Shown here: positions 63,382-64,000 of the stretch, piece by piece | How positions within the stretch are numbered: position 1 is the stretch's first letter | Layout of the letters: every line of letters starts with the position of its first letter | NCBI GenBank assembly: GCA_002633005.1 | Contig: NMRA01000057.1 | Span: 597,296-661,295 of the forward strand | DNA: 64,000 bases | DNA from: Phoronis australis | Lineage: Eukaryota > Animalia > Phoronida | Direction: 5' to 3' | Notes under the pieces: generated by a model | What the model was told of the DNA's origin: nothing | Seen by the model: only the letters and a program-made list of their open reading frames with translations | Databases searched by the model: none | Program-made: the position numbers and the translations under genes

Positions 63382-64000
63382 GTAAAGTTTTGGTTACTGC
63401 CACTTCTAAAGCTGCACTGTGCCCTGTTTAGCTGGGGAAAAACAGAAATTCATTAAAAGACCCGTTAATGTCATAAGGTCGGTCTCGTGTTATTTTTTAC
63501 CGTGATAAGATTCTGTTTCTATGTGACTGAATAACATATTTCAGATTTTATTGGAGTTGGCCAACTCAGAAAATGTGTATTCCAAAATAGTGCATGTAAG
63601 CATTAGCTGTGATTTGTGTTGATAATGGAAAGGGGATCCTATCACGGTAAGGAATGCTATGAGGCTAACTTTATGACAATTTTTTGCATTAGACATGCTC
63701 ATCCCAGTCTCATAACTGTGACAGTTGTGGCTATTATGTTAAGACACAAAATTATTACATTCGTTTCAATGTGAGTCGTGTTTTAACTTGATTTTGTAAG
63801 ACAAATAAAAGGTTGCTTCCATCTTATAAGCTGACATGGGTTGAGTTTTTTAATTTTGCATGACAGAAACACAAAACTTGTTTCATCATTTCATTGCAAA
63901 TTTCCAAATTTATGGGCCTGTAAATGTCCAGTGCAATCTCAGTTTAGAGGTAGTGTCTGTCAGTTTGACAAGTCTACAAGTTAATGTCCCAAGTGGCTGA

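Overview
AT-rich, intron-containing animal (invertebrate-type) genomic DNA with three single-N assembly joins (20534, 36063, 55452). There is no prokaryotic content and no CRISPR array. Two spliced genes lie head-to-head around ~54.9-56 kb. (1) On the minus strand, a 9-coding-exon GH20 beta-N-acetylhexosaminidase of the four-domain chitobiase type (915 aa as spliced by hand, N-terminal type II membrane anchor). Its exons 5-8 occur twice, once on each side of the N at 36063, most likely as two haplotypes assembled in tandem. (2) On the plus strand, the first four coding exons of a CSPP1-like gene that runs off the window end. The two copies of the duplicated block expose empty-versus-filled insertion sites that delimit a TTAA-targeting Kolobok-like element, a tRNA-derived SINE and a second TTAA element. 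The rest is transposon debris: a DD37D (maT) Tc1/mariner fossil, a Tc2/pogo-type non-autonomous element, hAT-like elements with 5-bp TSDs, MITEs, a foldback-like element rich in octamer motifs, and two Helentron/pearl-like tandem arrays in which most ~140-bp subunits carry a CTCF-like motif. I found no clear wholly new system; the CTCF-motif arrays and the membrane-anchored variant GH20 are the best leads. All alignments and family assignments were made by eye, without database searches.
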